Origin: Prolixibacteraceae bacterium
GTDB lineage: Bacteria > Bacteroidota > Bacteroidia > Bacteroidales > Prolixibacteraceae
DNA: 64,000 nt
NCBI GenBank assembly: GCA_963677405.1
Contig: OY781961.1
Span: 2,253,123 to 2,317,122 of the forward strand
Reading direction: 5' to 3'
Of this stretch, positions 18,701-27,663 are shown in pieces; within the stretch, counting starts at the first letter, position 1, and each line of letters starts with the position of its first letter. Under the pieces are notes generated by a model that made no database searches, was not told the origin of the DNA, and saw only the letters and a program-made list of their open reading frames with translations. Position numbers and translations under genes: made by a program.

Positions 18701-19264
18701 TAGACCATTGTGCGGAAGGTGACTTGAATTAGCAATTTCTTTTTCGAACCTTCTGGCGGCTTTTTCTTTGATAAAAACCATATTTCCATAAGCATTTTCA
18801 TAGGCTTCATAGGTTGACTGAAATTCAGGGTATTCTTTGTTGTTGGCATTGACGGAATCGATCAGTTGGTCAATCTCTTTAACTAAAGTTCCGCGATCGT
18901 TTGCACGTTTTAAAAGTTCCGACCATTCGCCTATTTTGTTATATATGGATTGAATTTCTTTGCTTATAAGCTCCTGATCATTTAACTCGTTTTGATTACC
19001 ATTTTTCTTACCTGAACTTATCTTAAATTTTTCAAGTTTAACATTGGCAATCATGGCATAAACGAATGCCGGATCATTCAATAAAAATGATTTCCAGTTT
19101 TCAATGGGTTGTTTGTCAACAGTGTAGAAAATAAGGTTTTCGGAAAATTTCAGGATAAATTGTACCATATCCAACATCGTTCTTTCGTCGATTGCGATAT
19201 AGGCAGCATCGAGTGCTTTATTTTTCCTTAACTCCTGACTTGTTCCTTTATTCATTCCGGTCAA
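15725..19264 (-). CDS. eCIS baseplate J-like protein (Afp11-like)
   Basis: PHNGLFFAFLNLY...LTQKHLDFYYLDLLQ; C-terminal LRHKNQ...WDIERLVLDRF...VSQFVSPFVKVEVSNPVYE baseplate-J signature. Confidence 0.9.
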   Translation of the reverse strand: MTGMNKGTSQELRKNKALDAAYIAIDERTMLDMVQFILKFSENLIFYTVDKQPIENWKSFLLNDPAFVYAMIANVKLEKFKISSGKKNGNQNELNDQELISKEIQSIYNKIGEWSELLKRANDRGTLVKEIDQLIDSVNANNKEYPEFQSTYEAYENAYGNMVFIKEKAARRFEKEIANSSHLPHNGLFFAFLNLYKNVQHDINLLTQKHLDFYYLDLLQKTRKKQEPHTALIAIQLQPGTDELLINEGDKVNFIFEDKRQYVFESTSTTVINRAEISELRTIYRSDYLPFNNRFEDDDFSINILYEEDILKEKQNWENIEKKELSEFPATLGEERTHLMSSDRNLTFCNVGIVVTTPTLILENGNQKISIIFKISSNSYKTAEKVFDGLVKQEIKEAPTPEKRAHLLANKESLKHRIVSNFFSEAFQIFITDKNGWTAIGFCKTKINHTDSTLTFDFELNEQNDKMISFDPKIHEGGFESEWPCVKILFNNEAQYHAYKFLKTIELENIKIEATVSDVTNLIFSNSIGNLDNTIPFTPFGPTPIVGSYLRIQNPLILQRNLTKLELHICWIGLPQLQYGFAEYYREYPGEIDNPAFKAVLTSVRNNINTTGTQAHKEIDLFDTNKEYLSNEKEIIINPQDISFSNKITQNTIVDENSGSLFIVLTSPEMAFGHQLFTEIYADAAIKSSKFRKRDIALPKQPYTPVIEHLKVNYTTAAREVMLRKQDIEDSDVKLIHIYPFGHVQVFPGPKKSQSFLFPQLDQKGNLYIGLTQVRSTDIVSIGFELVPAVYIHTVINAPTIEWQYMVNNEWEPIGDLLLEDTTNGLIRSGLVKIRMPKTIQYDNTRLPLGKFWIRATFDGIQDLNSKIKNVFTQAVELISTDTVSNDIPDRSVEIKIKKIYFEDKKGIDQISGPFALEINAANENTDSFYNGISDQLRHKNQGSTNWDIERLVLDRFKQIEKIRVYGKSNRPNELVKGSSVQIVLIPKNSLVNGTRKRSLNVDFNTLLEVKEYVSQFVSPFVKVEVSNPVYEELKVRCKVKFNDLQRGGYLRNVLNSELISYLSPDIENIDVEKGFDEAISKTEILNFIESRSYVDFVTEFSVLQLVDVQKNYKIIDTARITPIEDLRTISAYAILTSAPEHQIEIVSEDKSSKPNPSGVGDLTLESDFVISDSEGNYI

Positions 19265-19282
19265 TTAAAAAAGTTGAGACTT

Positions 19283-19726
19283 TTATAAATTTGTTCCCTC
19301 GTTCACATAAAAGGGGTAAACCATGTTACTCCTTGTATTTGTAGTGATTATTTTATAATAAATATGGATAAATATTTTTCCATCAATCTGGTTGTCAGCC
19401 GATAAATCACCATTTAACTGGCTATTATTACTAATGTCAATTTTTTCGAGTTTGATTCTGGGTTCGTTATACAGTAAGGCGTCATAGATCGCATCTTTTA
19501 GCATACTCATGTGAGTCGGGTCATTCGATTCGAAAACATACTTCCGGATGCCACAACCGAATGTTGTAAACATGATGCGTTCTCCGGGTATCGTTTCAAT
19601 GATTATTCGAATGCTTTGTTTTATGTCTTCATCGGCAGCAACTGTTTCAACAGTTCCAAGTTCAAAATTGAAAGCAGGAGGAAATGCCCAGCCTCTGCCT
19701 AAAAATGAATCATCTTTTTCGTTCAT
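19283..19726 (-). CDS. GPW/gp25 baseplate protein (Afp9-like)
   Basis: FLGRGWAFPP...DIKQSIRIIIETIPGERIM...FGCGI...EPRI...NTRSNMVYPFY. Confidence 0.95.
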   Translation of the reverse strand: MNEKDDSFLGRGWAFPPAFNFELGTVETVAADEDIKQSIRIIIETIPGERIMFTTFGCGIRKYVFESNDPTHMSMLKDAIYDALLYNEPRIKLEKIDISNNSQLNGDLSADNQIDGKIFIHIYYKIITTNTRSNMVYPFYVNEGTNL

Positions 19727-19730
19727 TGCT

Positions 19731-20030
19731 TTAACCTCCTATAATTACGGTTGGACATCCCAATATGATGCTACCACCGTGAGCTGTACTGTCGCCCATT
19801 CGGGCAGCCGGTTTACCGGTAATCAATACCGTAGCCGAACCTTTAACGATTGAATCAGGAGGCCCAACACAAACTAAATTATCGCCAACAACTGCTGCCG
19901 GAAGACTGCCAATCAGTACGGTAGGAGCTCCGGGGCCTATTATTGGTCCACCAACGTGTGGAATAGGCGGTAGTCCGGGCGTTTGCATCGGGCAAGTGTG
20001 CATATCGGTTAATCTGGCTGCTAATCCCAT
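19731..20030 (-). CDS. PAAR-repeat spike tip (Afp10-like)
   Basis: LAARLTDMHTCP...PAAVVGD...KPAARMGDSTAHGG; no C-terminal extension. Confidence 0.97.
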   Translation of the reverse strand: MGLAARLTDMHTCPMQTPGLPPIPHVGGPIIGPGAPTVLIGSLPAAVVGDNLVCVGPPDSIVKGSATVLITGKPAARMGDSTAHGGSIILGCPTVIIGG

Positions 20031-20041
20031 AGTTTATAAGT

Positions 20042-21838
20042 TTAATTAATCATTACGATACCACCTTTTATGGTTGTTTGGCCTGAAGCCGAAACCTCAG
20101 CGGTTGCATTTCCTTTAGCCGTAAAACCTGTTTGGGCGCTTAGCTGAACATTTAATCCATCAGCTTTAACATCAGACTTAGCAGACAAATTAAGACCTCC
20201 GGTTGCTGAAATAGTGATGTCACCCTTTGCAGTTAACTTGATGTCTTTGGGGCTATCCATGGTTATTCCTGAATCATCCATGATAACCGAATTGCCCGAA
20301 ATGTCTTTGATGTTTATCTTTTTATCCTTGTCGTCCAGAGTGAACGAATTTCCTCCCGGAGTTTCGATATTCAGGATTTTATCCTCGTCATCAAACCTGA
20401 TTTTGATGCCCGACCTTGAAAAAATGGATTTAAACTGATTTTTGTTGTCCGGTATTTCCTTTGGTTTATTTTTGGAACTGTACAACGAGCCGGTGATGAT
20501 GGCAAACCGTGGGTCGTTATTGATGAAATTCAGCAATACTTCATCGCCCACTTCAGGAAAGAAAAAAAAGCCGGAATTGGCTGATGCATAAGGGAAAGCC
20601 AATCGGGCCCAAATACCGACATCTTGACCTGTTCCGGCGAAAGCAGGTAACTTTACCAGCACACGAAATTCTTGATCAGGGTCTTCTTCAATTTTTTTGA
20701 CAGTAGCTATTTGAGTTCCGCCTGAGGCTGGGATAATGCCTGATGCCCTTATTTCTTCAATATCAGGCAACGCAGCGTGCAACTGAACTGATTTTCCGAC
20801 GGAAAGTGTTGTGAGCCAATTGCCATCCTGCAAAATATGACTCACTTTGGTGATGAACGCGTTACCGTTATATCTTGAACTAAAACCTGAAATTTCGACT
20901 ACATCTCCGGCGAGTATGTCAGCTACACCCTGAATGGTAACTTTTCCTTGTATTTTACTTAGTTCGGCTTTGGTTGAAAGAGTTTCACCCCATGTTCTTA
21001 ATTCGCTTTCAGGGATTGAAGCCGATGAATAAAAACTGGAATTTCCATTGTCAACTGCTTCTGACAATTTTTGAGCTGTGAGGTTTCCGAGCGACATATT
21101 ATTGGTTTGGCTCACATCTACAGAACTTTCTTTTTGCTGTTTAATATCCCAGGCAGTAAATTGGTATGTTCCGGCTATTTTTTCGCTGTCAATTGTCAAA
21201 TCAATATCAATAATCGATTGAGACGCAATTAGTTTATATTTTGGGGATTGACTAAAATCAATTTTCTTAATAATCAGTGAGTTTTTGTCAGTCAGCACAC
21301 ACATGTTATTCATTTCGGCCCTGATAACGGTAAAGTCCCAATCGCTGCAATTGTATTGCATAATTACAGGAAGTACTGTTGTTGTGGCATCAACGGTTAC
21401 CGACAGACCATACTTGCCGGCAATGGCTTGTATGGCATCCGAATCTTTTTCATTCTGAAAGATGGCATTAAATCGACCCTTGGTCATTTTAACGGCTTCA
21501 TCTTTGCAGATGACCAACAGTTGTGATCTGCCATTTTTAATTGATAATCCTTGTGATATTACGATTCCTTCAAAAACCGGTTTGTTTATACTATCATATC
21601 CTGACGATATTTTTATTTTATTCCCTGGAATAAAGTCATTTCCTTCACTGTTTAAATAGGGTTCATTCACCAACCCGATAACCCCACCATCAGAAATTAC
21701 AAGAGATGCGGTGGTAATTTTATTCAACTCTATCTGAATAGAGATTTCGAGAATCTCAACCGTATCCTTAATTCTGGCGCCATTGATAAGTATATCAAAG
21801 CTTAATACCCCATCTGATTCTTTAAATACCGTTGGCAT
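20042..21838 (-). CDS. VgrG-like spike (Afp8-like)
   Basis: MQYNCSDWDFTVIRAE, WARLAFPYA...FFFPEVGDEVLLNFINNDPRFAIITGSLYS, then gp5-like beta-helix repeats; no toxin extension. Confidence 0.95.
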   Translation of the reverse strand: MPTVFKESDGVLSFDILINGARIKDTVEILEISIQIELNKITTASLVISDGGVIGLVNEPYLNSEGNDFIPGNKIKISSGYDSINKPVFEGIVISQGLSIKNGRSQLLVICKDEAVKMTKGRFNAIFQNEKDSDAIQAIAGKYGLSVTVDATTTVLPVIMQYNCSDWDFTVIRAEMNNMCVLTDKNSLIIKKIDFSQSPKYKLIASQSIIDIDLTIDSEKIAGTYQFTAWDIKQQKESSVDVSQTNNMSLGNLTAQKLSEAVDNGNSSFYSSASIPESELRTWGETLSTKAELSKIQGKVTIQGVADILAGDVVEISGFSSRYNGNAFITKVSHILQDGNWLTTLSVGKSVQLHAALPDIEEIRASGIIPASGGTQIATVKKIEEDPDQEFRVLVKLPAFAGTGQDVGIWARLAFPYASANSGFFFFPEVGDEVLLNFINNDPRFAIITGSLYSSKNKPKEIPDNKNQFKSIFSRSGIKIRFDDEDKILNIETPGGNSFTLDDKDKKINIKDISGNSVIMDDSGITMDSPKDIKLTAKGDITISATGGLNLSAKSDVKADGLNVQLSAQTGFTAKGNATAEVSASGQTTIKGGIVMIN

Positions 21839-21842
21839 ATTT

Positions 21843-22499
21843 TCAAATTACTGGTGGAAAAAAGATTTTATCGCCTGGTTTTATTGCCCTGAAATTGGTT
21901 AAATCATTGACCTGGGCTACTTTTAGGTAGTAGGAGCTGTCACCATATATTCGCTGGCACATCAGCGGAAGATTGTCACCATCAGATACGGTTCGTACAT
22001 GAGTCAGATCTGATGAGTTTTTCTTTTCTTCCAATGCCTTTTTCTTGGCACTTTCCGATGCAATTAATACTGCGGTAGCTTCAGCTCGCAATGGCGACCC
22101 ATCCATATCAAGCATGGTGTAATTGACATTCCAGGATTTCAATCTTCCATGAAATAAGGATTGGGTACCCCAGTAAACTCTCAGAAAATTAGGCTCATGA
22201 ATATCGCCGTTGTATTGATAAATCAGTTCTTTCACTTCTTTAATCTGATCATCAACTTTACTCTTCGAGATAATTCCGGTGCCATCAAAAAAGAACACGA
22301 TTTCAAACAATCCGGAACCACCTCCTTTATACTTGGCGGTCTGAACACTCGAACCATTGGTGGTATCTGAAGTGGAATACTGCTGCTCGTTCTTCAGTTT
22401 ATAATTTTCCGGATTAACCAAAACGTCGTATTCCCCAACCCGGCTCATGTAATCAGGATCTTTGAAAGCAACAATTTTCATTTTTGTTAATTCGCCCAT
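21843..22499 (-). CDS. Tube initiator/LysM protein (Afp7-like)
   Basis: VLVNPENY...LRVYWG...YTMLDMDGSPLRAEA; C-terminal LysM (GDNLPLMCQRIYGDSSYYLKVAQVNDL). Confidence 0.92.
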   Translation of the reverse strand: MGELTKMKIVAFKDPDYMSRVGEYDVLVNPENYKLKNEQQYSTSDTTNGSSVQTAKYKGGGSGLFEIVFFFDGTGIISKSKVDDQIKEVKELIYQYNGDIHEPNFLRVYWGTQSLFHGRLKSWNVNYTMLDMDGSPLRAEATAVLIASESAKKKALEEKKNSSDLTHVRTVSDGDNLPLMCQRIYGDSSYYLKVAQVNDLTNFRAIKPGDKIFFPPVI

Positions 22500-22505
22500 A
22501 GTTGG

Positions 22506-22688
22506 TTATCTGATTGTTTTATTTTCAAGTTTTTGCAATACCTTTTCAACACAGTCGCGCTCAATATCCTTTTTAATTTGTTCCAGGTATTGAAGCAGCT
22601 CTTCTTTTCCAAGCGCCGAATCATTGATTTGCGATGCGTCACTGGTTACAATTCCTCTTACGATGAGTTCCTTTACAATTAATGTCAT
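22506..22688 (-). CDS. Small eCIS protein (Afp6/DUF5908-like)
   Basis: MTLIVKELIVRG...CVEKVLQKL; sits between tube 2 and the LysM gene with 3-6 bp gaps. Confidence 0.75.
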   Translation of the reverse strand: MTLIVKELIVRGIVTSDASQINDSALGKEELLQYLEQIKKDIERDCVEKVLQKLENKTIR

Positions 22689-22691
22689 AGG

Positions 22692-23153
22692 TTAATCTTT
22701 TCTGAAAAGCCGGTATTTTAACGTGAGTGTCTCGATGGCTAATTGGTTGCTGGTACTGTTTAGTGTCGATAACTCCCATGAAATCGGAAATGCACTAACA
22801 ACGGTCCATGAATCAAGTATTTCTCCATTTGCTCCCAGTAGTGCAACTTTGATATCTTTTGGGTCAAACCTGAAATTCTCAATGGCATCGCGGCACCATT
22901 TGTCCAAATTTGAGTTAACTAATAAGCATCGTTTTAGAACAAGGTTTTCGTACTTCGGTGGAGTAGGGAGGTGATGAACAAAATTATTGTCACCGCCTTC
23001 CTTTTTCTCAACCGTTCCAATAGTTACTTTCAAACCCGATACTTCCTGAAAACTACTGTCCATATCGTCTAAGCCATTAAATTTTACTGAAAAGTAAAAA
23101 GATGTTGGCGGAGCATAATCGGATTTGAAAAAACTATTATTTCCCATAATCAT
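22692..23153 (-). CDS. Phage-tail tube protein 2 (Afp5-like, gp19 family)
   Basis: YAPPTSFYFSV...FQEVSGL...EGGDNNF...KYENLVLKR...LAIETLTLKY. Confidence 0.93.
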   Translation of the reverse strand: MIMGNNSFFKSDYAPPTSFYFSVKFNGLDDMDSSFQEVSGLKVTIGTVEKKEGGDNNFVHHLPTPPKYENLVLKRCLLVNSNLDKWCRDAIENFRFDPKDIKVALLGANGEILDSWTVVSAFPISWELSTLNSTSNQLAIETLTLKYRLFRKD

Positions 23154-23605
23154 TAGCCATTTGCGATGGTTAATCCTTCGTGCATAATCTCGATGGTTTC
23201 AACTGCTACTTCATTGGCGTTCGACTTCAAATCAGTAGAACTGATTTTGGTTGGCCAGGCATTTAACAGTGTCCAGGTCATTGTTGGATTACCGCCTTCG
23301 TCCATCAGTTTAATAACCACATTTTGGCGTTCGATGGTATTCATTTTGATCTTGTTATACCAGTCCCAAAAACTGTTGTCGTTGGCAAAAACACCCTTTT
23401 TCATGGTTACATTACTATTTTTTATAATACCGGGCATATTAATTTCCGAGAATACCGGGCTGTTACCATGTCGGTAGGGTATTGGCTGTGCTTCAATGTT
23501 TAAACCACTAACTTCCTGAAACGGGATATTGGTTGTGCTGCCCCAATCAACCATAAAATAAAATTTTGGTAGTGGCCAGTTTTTGTCTTGTGCTTCTCCT
23601 GCCAT
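23153..23605 (-). CDS. Phage-tail tube protein (Afp1-like, gp19 family)
   Basis: WPLPKFYFMVDW...FQEVSGL...MPG...NVTMKKG...NAWPTKISSTDLKSNANEVAVE. Confidence 0.97.
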   Translation of the reverse strand: MAGEAQDKNWPLPKFYFMVDWGSTTNIPFQEVSGLNIEAQPIPYRHGNSPVFSEINMPGIIKNSNVTMKKGVFANDNSFWDWYNKIKMNTIERQNVVIKLMDEGGNPTMTWTLLNAWPTKISSTDLKSNANEVAVETIEIMHEGLTIANG

Positions 23606-23644
23606 GATGTTTAATTTTTATAAGATTTATGATTAAATTTTTAT

Positions 23645-25324
23645 TTATGATTTCTGCATTTGTTGTTCGAATGTCACAACAATGAATTCTGCAGGTCTGA
23701 CGATTGCAAGTTTCACTGATACCAGCATTTTACCTTCCAGGATGTCTAAACCTGTCATGGTTGCCCCAAGTCCTACCTGAACATCGAATGCATCATCAGG
23801 TGAAGCTCCGGCCAATGCGCCCTGCTTCCATTTTTCGGTAAGGAAATTAATAATCATGCTTCGCACCGATACCCATGTGTTGGCATCATTTGGTTCGAAC
23901 ACATATGACCGCAGAGCCATTTTAATCGACTGCTCCAGCATGATCATTGTTCTGCGAACATTGATGTATTTCCAGTCGAGGCTATTTCCGTCAAGGGTTC
24001 TTCCTCCCCAAACCAGCGTGCCTATTCCCGGGAAAGTACGGATTGCGTTAATTGATTTTCCGGAAGTAGCATCAACATTTAGATCTTCCTGATCATCATG
24101 AGTAATGTTTGTTGTTGGCTTAACAACACTGTTAAGACTGATGTTTGCAGGCGATTTCCATACACCACGGCTGTTGTCAACCATTGTATAAACGCCGGCC
24201 ATAGCAGCCGATGGAGGCAAAATATTTATTACCGCCCGGATCTCATCCAATAAATTGGAATAAGTTGGGCTGACAGCAATTAGCCCCAAATGGAAATTGC
24301 GTTTTTTGTTATCCTTGTATGCATCTAATAACTTTTTTACTTCTTTTGAATTTTCAACATCTAGACTGTTAAACGCAGCCTCATCAAACGAAGCATCCAA
24401 TTTACCGTCAACAACAAAAGTGGTTCCATCGGGATTGTCTGTCTTTAATGCAAGGGCTAGTTCCTTCGGTTTATCTTTTAAAAGTCCAGATCTGAATTTA
24501 TTTTCGCCGTCAGGATAGCCTTTTATAACTTCCGCAACCTTTGGTTCGGGCAAAATATCAGTCAAGACGACAGTAGAATGTAGATTTTCAAAGGTGATTT
24601 TATCGTTCTTAACAATATTGGTATTTAACCAAGGATAATAGGCAGCTCCATAATTGAGGTATTCCGAACCTATTTTCTCTCTGAAAAATGTAATAAGATC
24701 TACTGATGCATCACTACTACGAACCCGCGGTTTATAACCATCAAAAACATCAATGATTGCCACCCTGCTCTGCATCTTTGCACAATGTGCAAGAACTTGC
24801 TTGTACAAATCATAGGCATCTGCTTCAAGCTTAACTGCATCAGGAATTACAATCATAGTAGGCTCCTGCTCCTTCTTCAAAGTGTCTAATCCCGCCTGAA
24901 GTTTCTCCTGAGAAACTGTTACTACATCGCTGGGTTTGCCATAAGTGCCAACCGATACAATGTAACAAGCTCCACCACCATTGCTGAAAAAGAGCTTTAT
25001 CCCGTAAAACATATACGCATCGTGATCTGTCACGTATTTAATTCCCCTTTTCGTTCCATTAATGGTGATTTCATGTTTCGCTGTTTCTCCGTCAGCAACA
25101 GTATCAAGCGTAAACATTGGATTAAATTCTCCACCAAAAAGGAGAGAATACTCCTGAAAAGAAGTGATTCTTACTGGTTGGTTCAATAAATCTTTGCCAT
25201 TTCTCGAAGCTTTTTCGGTGTAACCTATAAAAGCCGGAATTGCGGTTGCCACCTCGACAACCGAGCCGGGGAAAGCATTTACCTCTTCGATGTAAACTCC
25301 TGGAGTCATTAACTTCTGTGCCAT
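23645..25324 (-). CDS. Contractile tail sheath protein
   Basis: TPGVYIEE...TAIPAFIGYT...AAYYPWL...PPSAAMAGVY..VDNSRGVWKSPAN...VWGGRTL...WKYINVRR...FEPND...AIVRPAEFIV. Confidence 0.98.
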   Translation of the reverse strand: MAQKLMTPGVYIEEVNAFPGSVVEVATAIPAFIGYTEKASRNGKDLLNQPVRITSFQEYSLLFGGEFNPMFTLDTVADGETAKHEITINGTKRGIKYVTDHDAYMFYGIKLFFSNGGGACYIVSVGTYGKPSDVVTVSQEKLQAGLDTLKKEQEPTMIVIPDAVKLEADAYDLYKQVLAHCAKMQSRVAIIDVFDGYKPRVRSSDASVDLITFFREKIGSEYLNYGAAYYPWLNTNIVKNDKITFENLHSTVVLTDILPEPKVAEVIKGYPDGENKFRSGLLKDKPKELALALKTDNPDGTTFVVDGKLDASFDEAAFNSLDVENSKEVKKLLDAYKDNKKRNFHLGLIAVSPTYSNLLDEIRAVINILPPSAAMAGVYTMVDNSRGVWKSPANISLNSVVKPTTNITHDDQEDLNVDATSGKSINAIRTFPGIGTLVWGGRTLDGNSLDWKYINVRRTMIMLEQSIKMALRSYVFEPNDANTWVSVRSMIINFLTEKWKQGALAGASPDDAFDVQVGLGATMTGLDILEGKMLVSVKLAIVRPAEFIVVTFEQQMQKS

Positions 25325-25344
25325 AATCTTAATAAGTTAATTGT

Positions 25345-26370
25345 TTATATATAAATATGAGAATAAGTCTTTTTGCCTGATTGTGACTCATCAACGAACA
25401 ATTGTGCAGAAGATGCTTTAACCAAATTTTTCAAGATGATTTTGCCTGAACGGGTTCCTTTATCGAAATTCTCAACCAACTGAAAATTATCATCAGAAAA
25501 CTCTACAAGTGGTATCTCATCTTTTGACTCAAAGACTAATGCCTCTGCATTTAGATAAACTTGTTGCTTTTGTGGCCCGTTAAAAGCTTGTTCCTTCACT
25601 TTGTTTATTATACTCAAGTTTTTGAATTTATGATAGATCGGATTGACCAGGAAATACTTCCAGGTGGTTTTTCTATTGTTGAAATTTACAGCATACGCAA
25701 CAGTTCCATTTTTTTTAAACTGAGATAAAAGGCTATCTGTAAAAATTTCAAGGATACCCAATGGCTTTTTCCATATTGTGGCTGGGTTGTAATAAGTTCT
25801 CCCCAATTCGGTAGAACCGTCACTATATCGTATAAGTCCTTGAGGTAACTGTGAAATATTAAATACATCTGAATCGGGTTTAGCTTGCATGATGCTTTGA
25901 TCAGCTATTTCATTTCCCGAAGCATCTGAAAATCGATACGTTTTTGTTGAATCGTATTGAGGCATTGTGATATATCCATTACAGACCTTTACAATGTCGT
26001 TATCTCCAACAAATTCTCCGGAATGGAGTAAACTGTTATTATTTTTTGAAGTACCTATTGTCAGATTATTGAAATAAAATAAGTTTTCGGATATTTTATA
26101 GTTTGGAAGTTCAGTATAGTTAATGTATTCAGGATCTTTGCAGTTTATATAAAACCGAATTGGATTGGAATTGCTGGTTGTTTTTAGTAATTCGGGATTT
26201 GAGGTAAGCACGTTAAAGCCTCCGGGGAAAGATTTAATGATAAGATCAAGGTTCTTTATTAATTTGGTTGTTTCCTCGTCACAGGTAATTTTAACCGACC
26301 TGAACAGTTTATCGTTGAAATACATGTGATTAAATTGGAATGTCAATATGTGGATGTAGTTTTGCAGCAT
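25345..26370 (-). CDS. Conserved eCIS accessory protein (possible cap adaptor)
   Basis: 341 aa, no signal peptide, between DUF4255 and sheath with 8 and 20 bp gaps; function inferred from position only. Confidence 0.5.
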   Translation of the reverse strand: MLQNYIHILTFQFNHMYFNDKLFRSVKITCDEETTKLIKNLDLIIKSFPGGFNVLTSNPELLKTTSNSNPIRFYINCKDPEYINYTELPNYKISENLFYFNNLTIGTSKNNNSLLHSGEFVGDNDIVKVCNGYITMPQYDSTKTYRFSDASGNEIADQSIMQAKPDSDVFNISQLPQGLIRYSDGSTELGRTYYNPATIWKKPLGILEIFTDSLLSQFKKNGTVAYAVNFNNRKTTWKYFLVNPIYHKFKNLSIINKVKEQAFNGPQKQQVYLNAEALVFESKDEIPLVEFSDDNFQLVENFDKGTRSGKIILKNLVKASSAQLFVDESQSGKKTYSHIYI

Positions 26371-26378
26371 AGTTAAAT

Positions 26379-26951
26379 TTAAGATTGATTGTTAGTTGCT
26401 CTGATCGCTGGAATTATCCGACTAATTGGTGCATCATCAAATATTAGCATTCCAACTTTGTAAACTACCGATGGCATAAGCTTACTGCCAATAGCCGACC
26501 AAAGGTGACTTAGCTCCGTAGAATCAAGTTTGCATAATTCAAAACTTAGACGGTTTGCTTGATGTCCTGAACTGCTCGTATCGTCAAATACGATTCTTTT
26601 ATTGATCTGGAAAAAACGAATTAATGCGGATAAATAGCTCAACCCTTCAACATACATAGAACTGTCGAAATTGGCACAAAAAAGCAATTGCATATTTAAA
26701 TGTAATGTCGGGTTCTTTTGAGCAAAAGAACTGCTTATTGGATTTGAAGATCTGTTGATGCTGTTTTTTAAAGTAGATTCTTCATCAAGATTCGTCAGAA
26801 AAAAGACAATCTTTTCATCTACATTTTGGGCAACCGACCCATCTGATTTTACAATATTCGAGAGTATAACTTTGTTTTCTGAAATTGAAAACTCATTTTT
26901 GAAATTCTCGTTGAGTATATCACGAATATAAGTTAAAGCAACATCTATCAT
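26379..26951 (-). CDS. DUF4255/Pvc16-like cap (tail terminator) protein
   Basis: VILSNIV...KIVFFLTNLDEE...LHLNMQLLFCANF...YVEGL..LS..IRFFQ...ELSHLWSAIGSKLMPSVVYKV. Confidence 0.9.
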   Translation of the reverse strand: MIDVALTYIRDILNENFKNEFSISENKVILSNIVKSDGSVAQNVDEKIVFFLTNLDEESTLKNSINRSSNPISSSFAQKNPTLHLNMQLLFCANFDSSMYVEGLSYLSALIRFFQINKRIVFDDTSSSGHQANRLSFELCKLDSTELSHLWSAIGSKLMPSVVYKVGMLIFDDAPISRIIPAIRATNNQS

Positions 26952-27133
26952 CGTAAGTTGTATTATTTAAAAAATAATGCATCGAAATAAATTTCGAAAA
27001 ACCCCTTTTCCTTACGAATGCAATGATATATTCTAGTTCTATTTAAACTTAATTATGAAACTCTTAAACCATTAACACAATTTCAAATAAAAAGTTTTAT
27101 AAATATATATTTTAAGATCTAAATATCTTATAT

Positions 27134-27141
27134 TATCTTTG
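27134..27141 (+). promoter_or_regulatory. Bacteroidota sigma-A -7 element (TATCTTTG) upstream of 27214
   Basis: Exact TAnnTTTG match about 70 bp before the ORF in an AT-rich intergenic region. Confidence 0.45.
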
Positions 27142-27213
27142 ATTTAATATTTTAAAGAATAGGTTCTCATTTTTAATGATAATTAAATATGATTCAATTC
27201 AACTTAAATCTTA

Positions 27214-27627
27214 TTGATAATGATTGATTTAACTATTACTCCAAAACTCGTTATCTCAGTAATTTGTTCAAATTTATTTTTCGAGACAAATTCATTTATT
27301 ATCATAGTCGGCTTTTTACTATTAATTGCTTTGGGAATTCTATCTTTTGGAGTGATGAAATATAAAAACAGGGCGGTTTTTCTGGAGGATGAAAAGGAAA
27401 AAGAAATTCGCGATTTACATGAAAAGCTAAGAATTAAAGAGAAGGAAATCAATCAACTTGGATCGAGGCTCCAAAAAGGTGAAGCGATGTGGGAGAATTG
27501 GGTTGATGAAAAAGAAAAGTTAGGTCGTAAAATTAAAAGTATGGAAAAAATTATTGAACAATACAAAGCAAACGATTCCAATGAAAAGAATGACATTGTA
27601 ATTGAGTACTATACGAATAAGAGTTAG
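27214..27627 (+). CDS. Hypothetical single-pass membrane protein with coiled coil
   Basis: Hydrophobic SFIIIVGFLLLIALGILSFGV followed by charged heptads (EKEKEIRDLHEKLRIKEKEINQL...). Confidence 0.65.
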   Translation: MIMIDLTITPKLVISVICSNLFFETNSFIIIVGFLLLIALGILSFGVMKYKNRAVFLEDEKEKEIRDLHEKLRIKEKEINQLGSRLQKGEAMWENWVDEKEKLGRKIKSMEKIIEQYKANDSNEKNDIVIEYYTNKS

Positions 27628-27663
27628 CAGATAAAACTTTAATTAGTATTTGATCGTTCGAAT

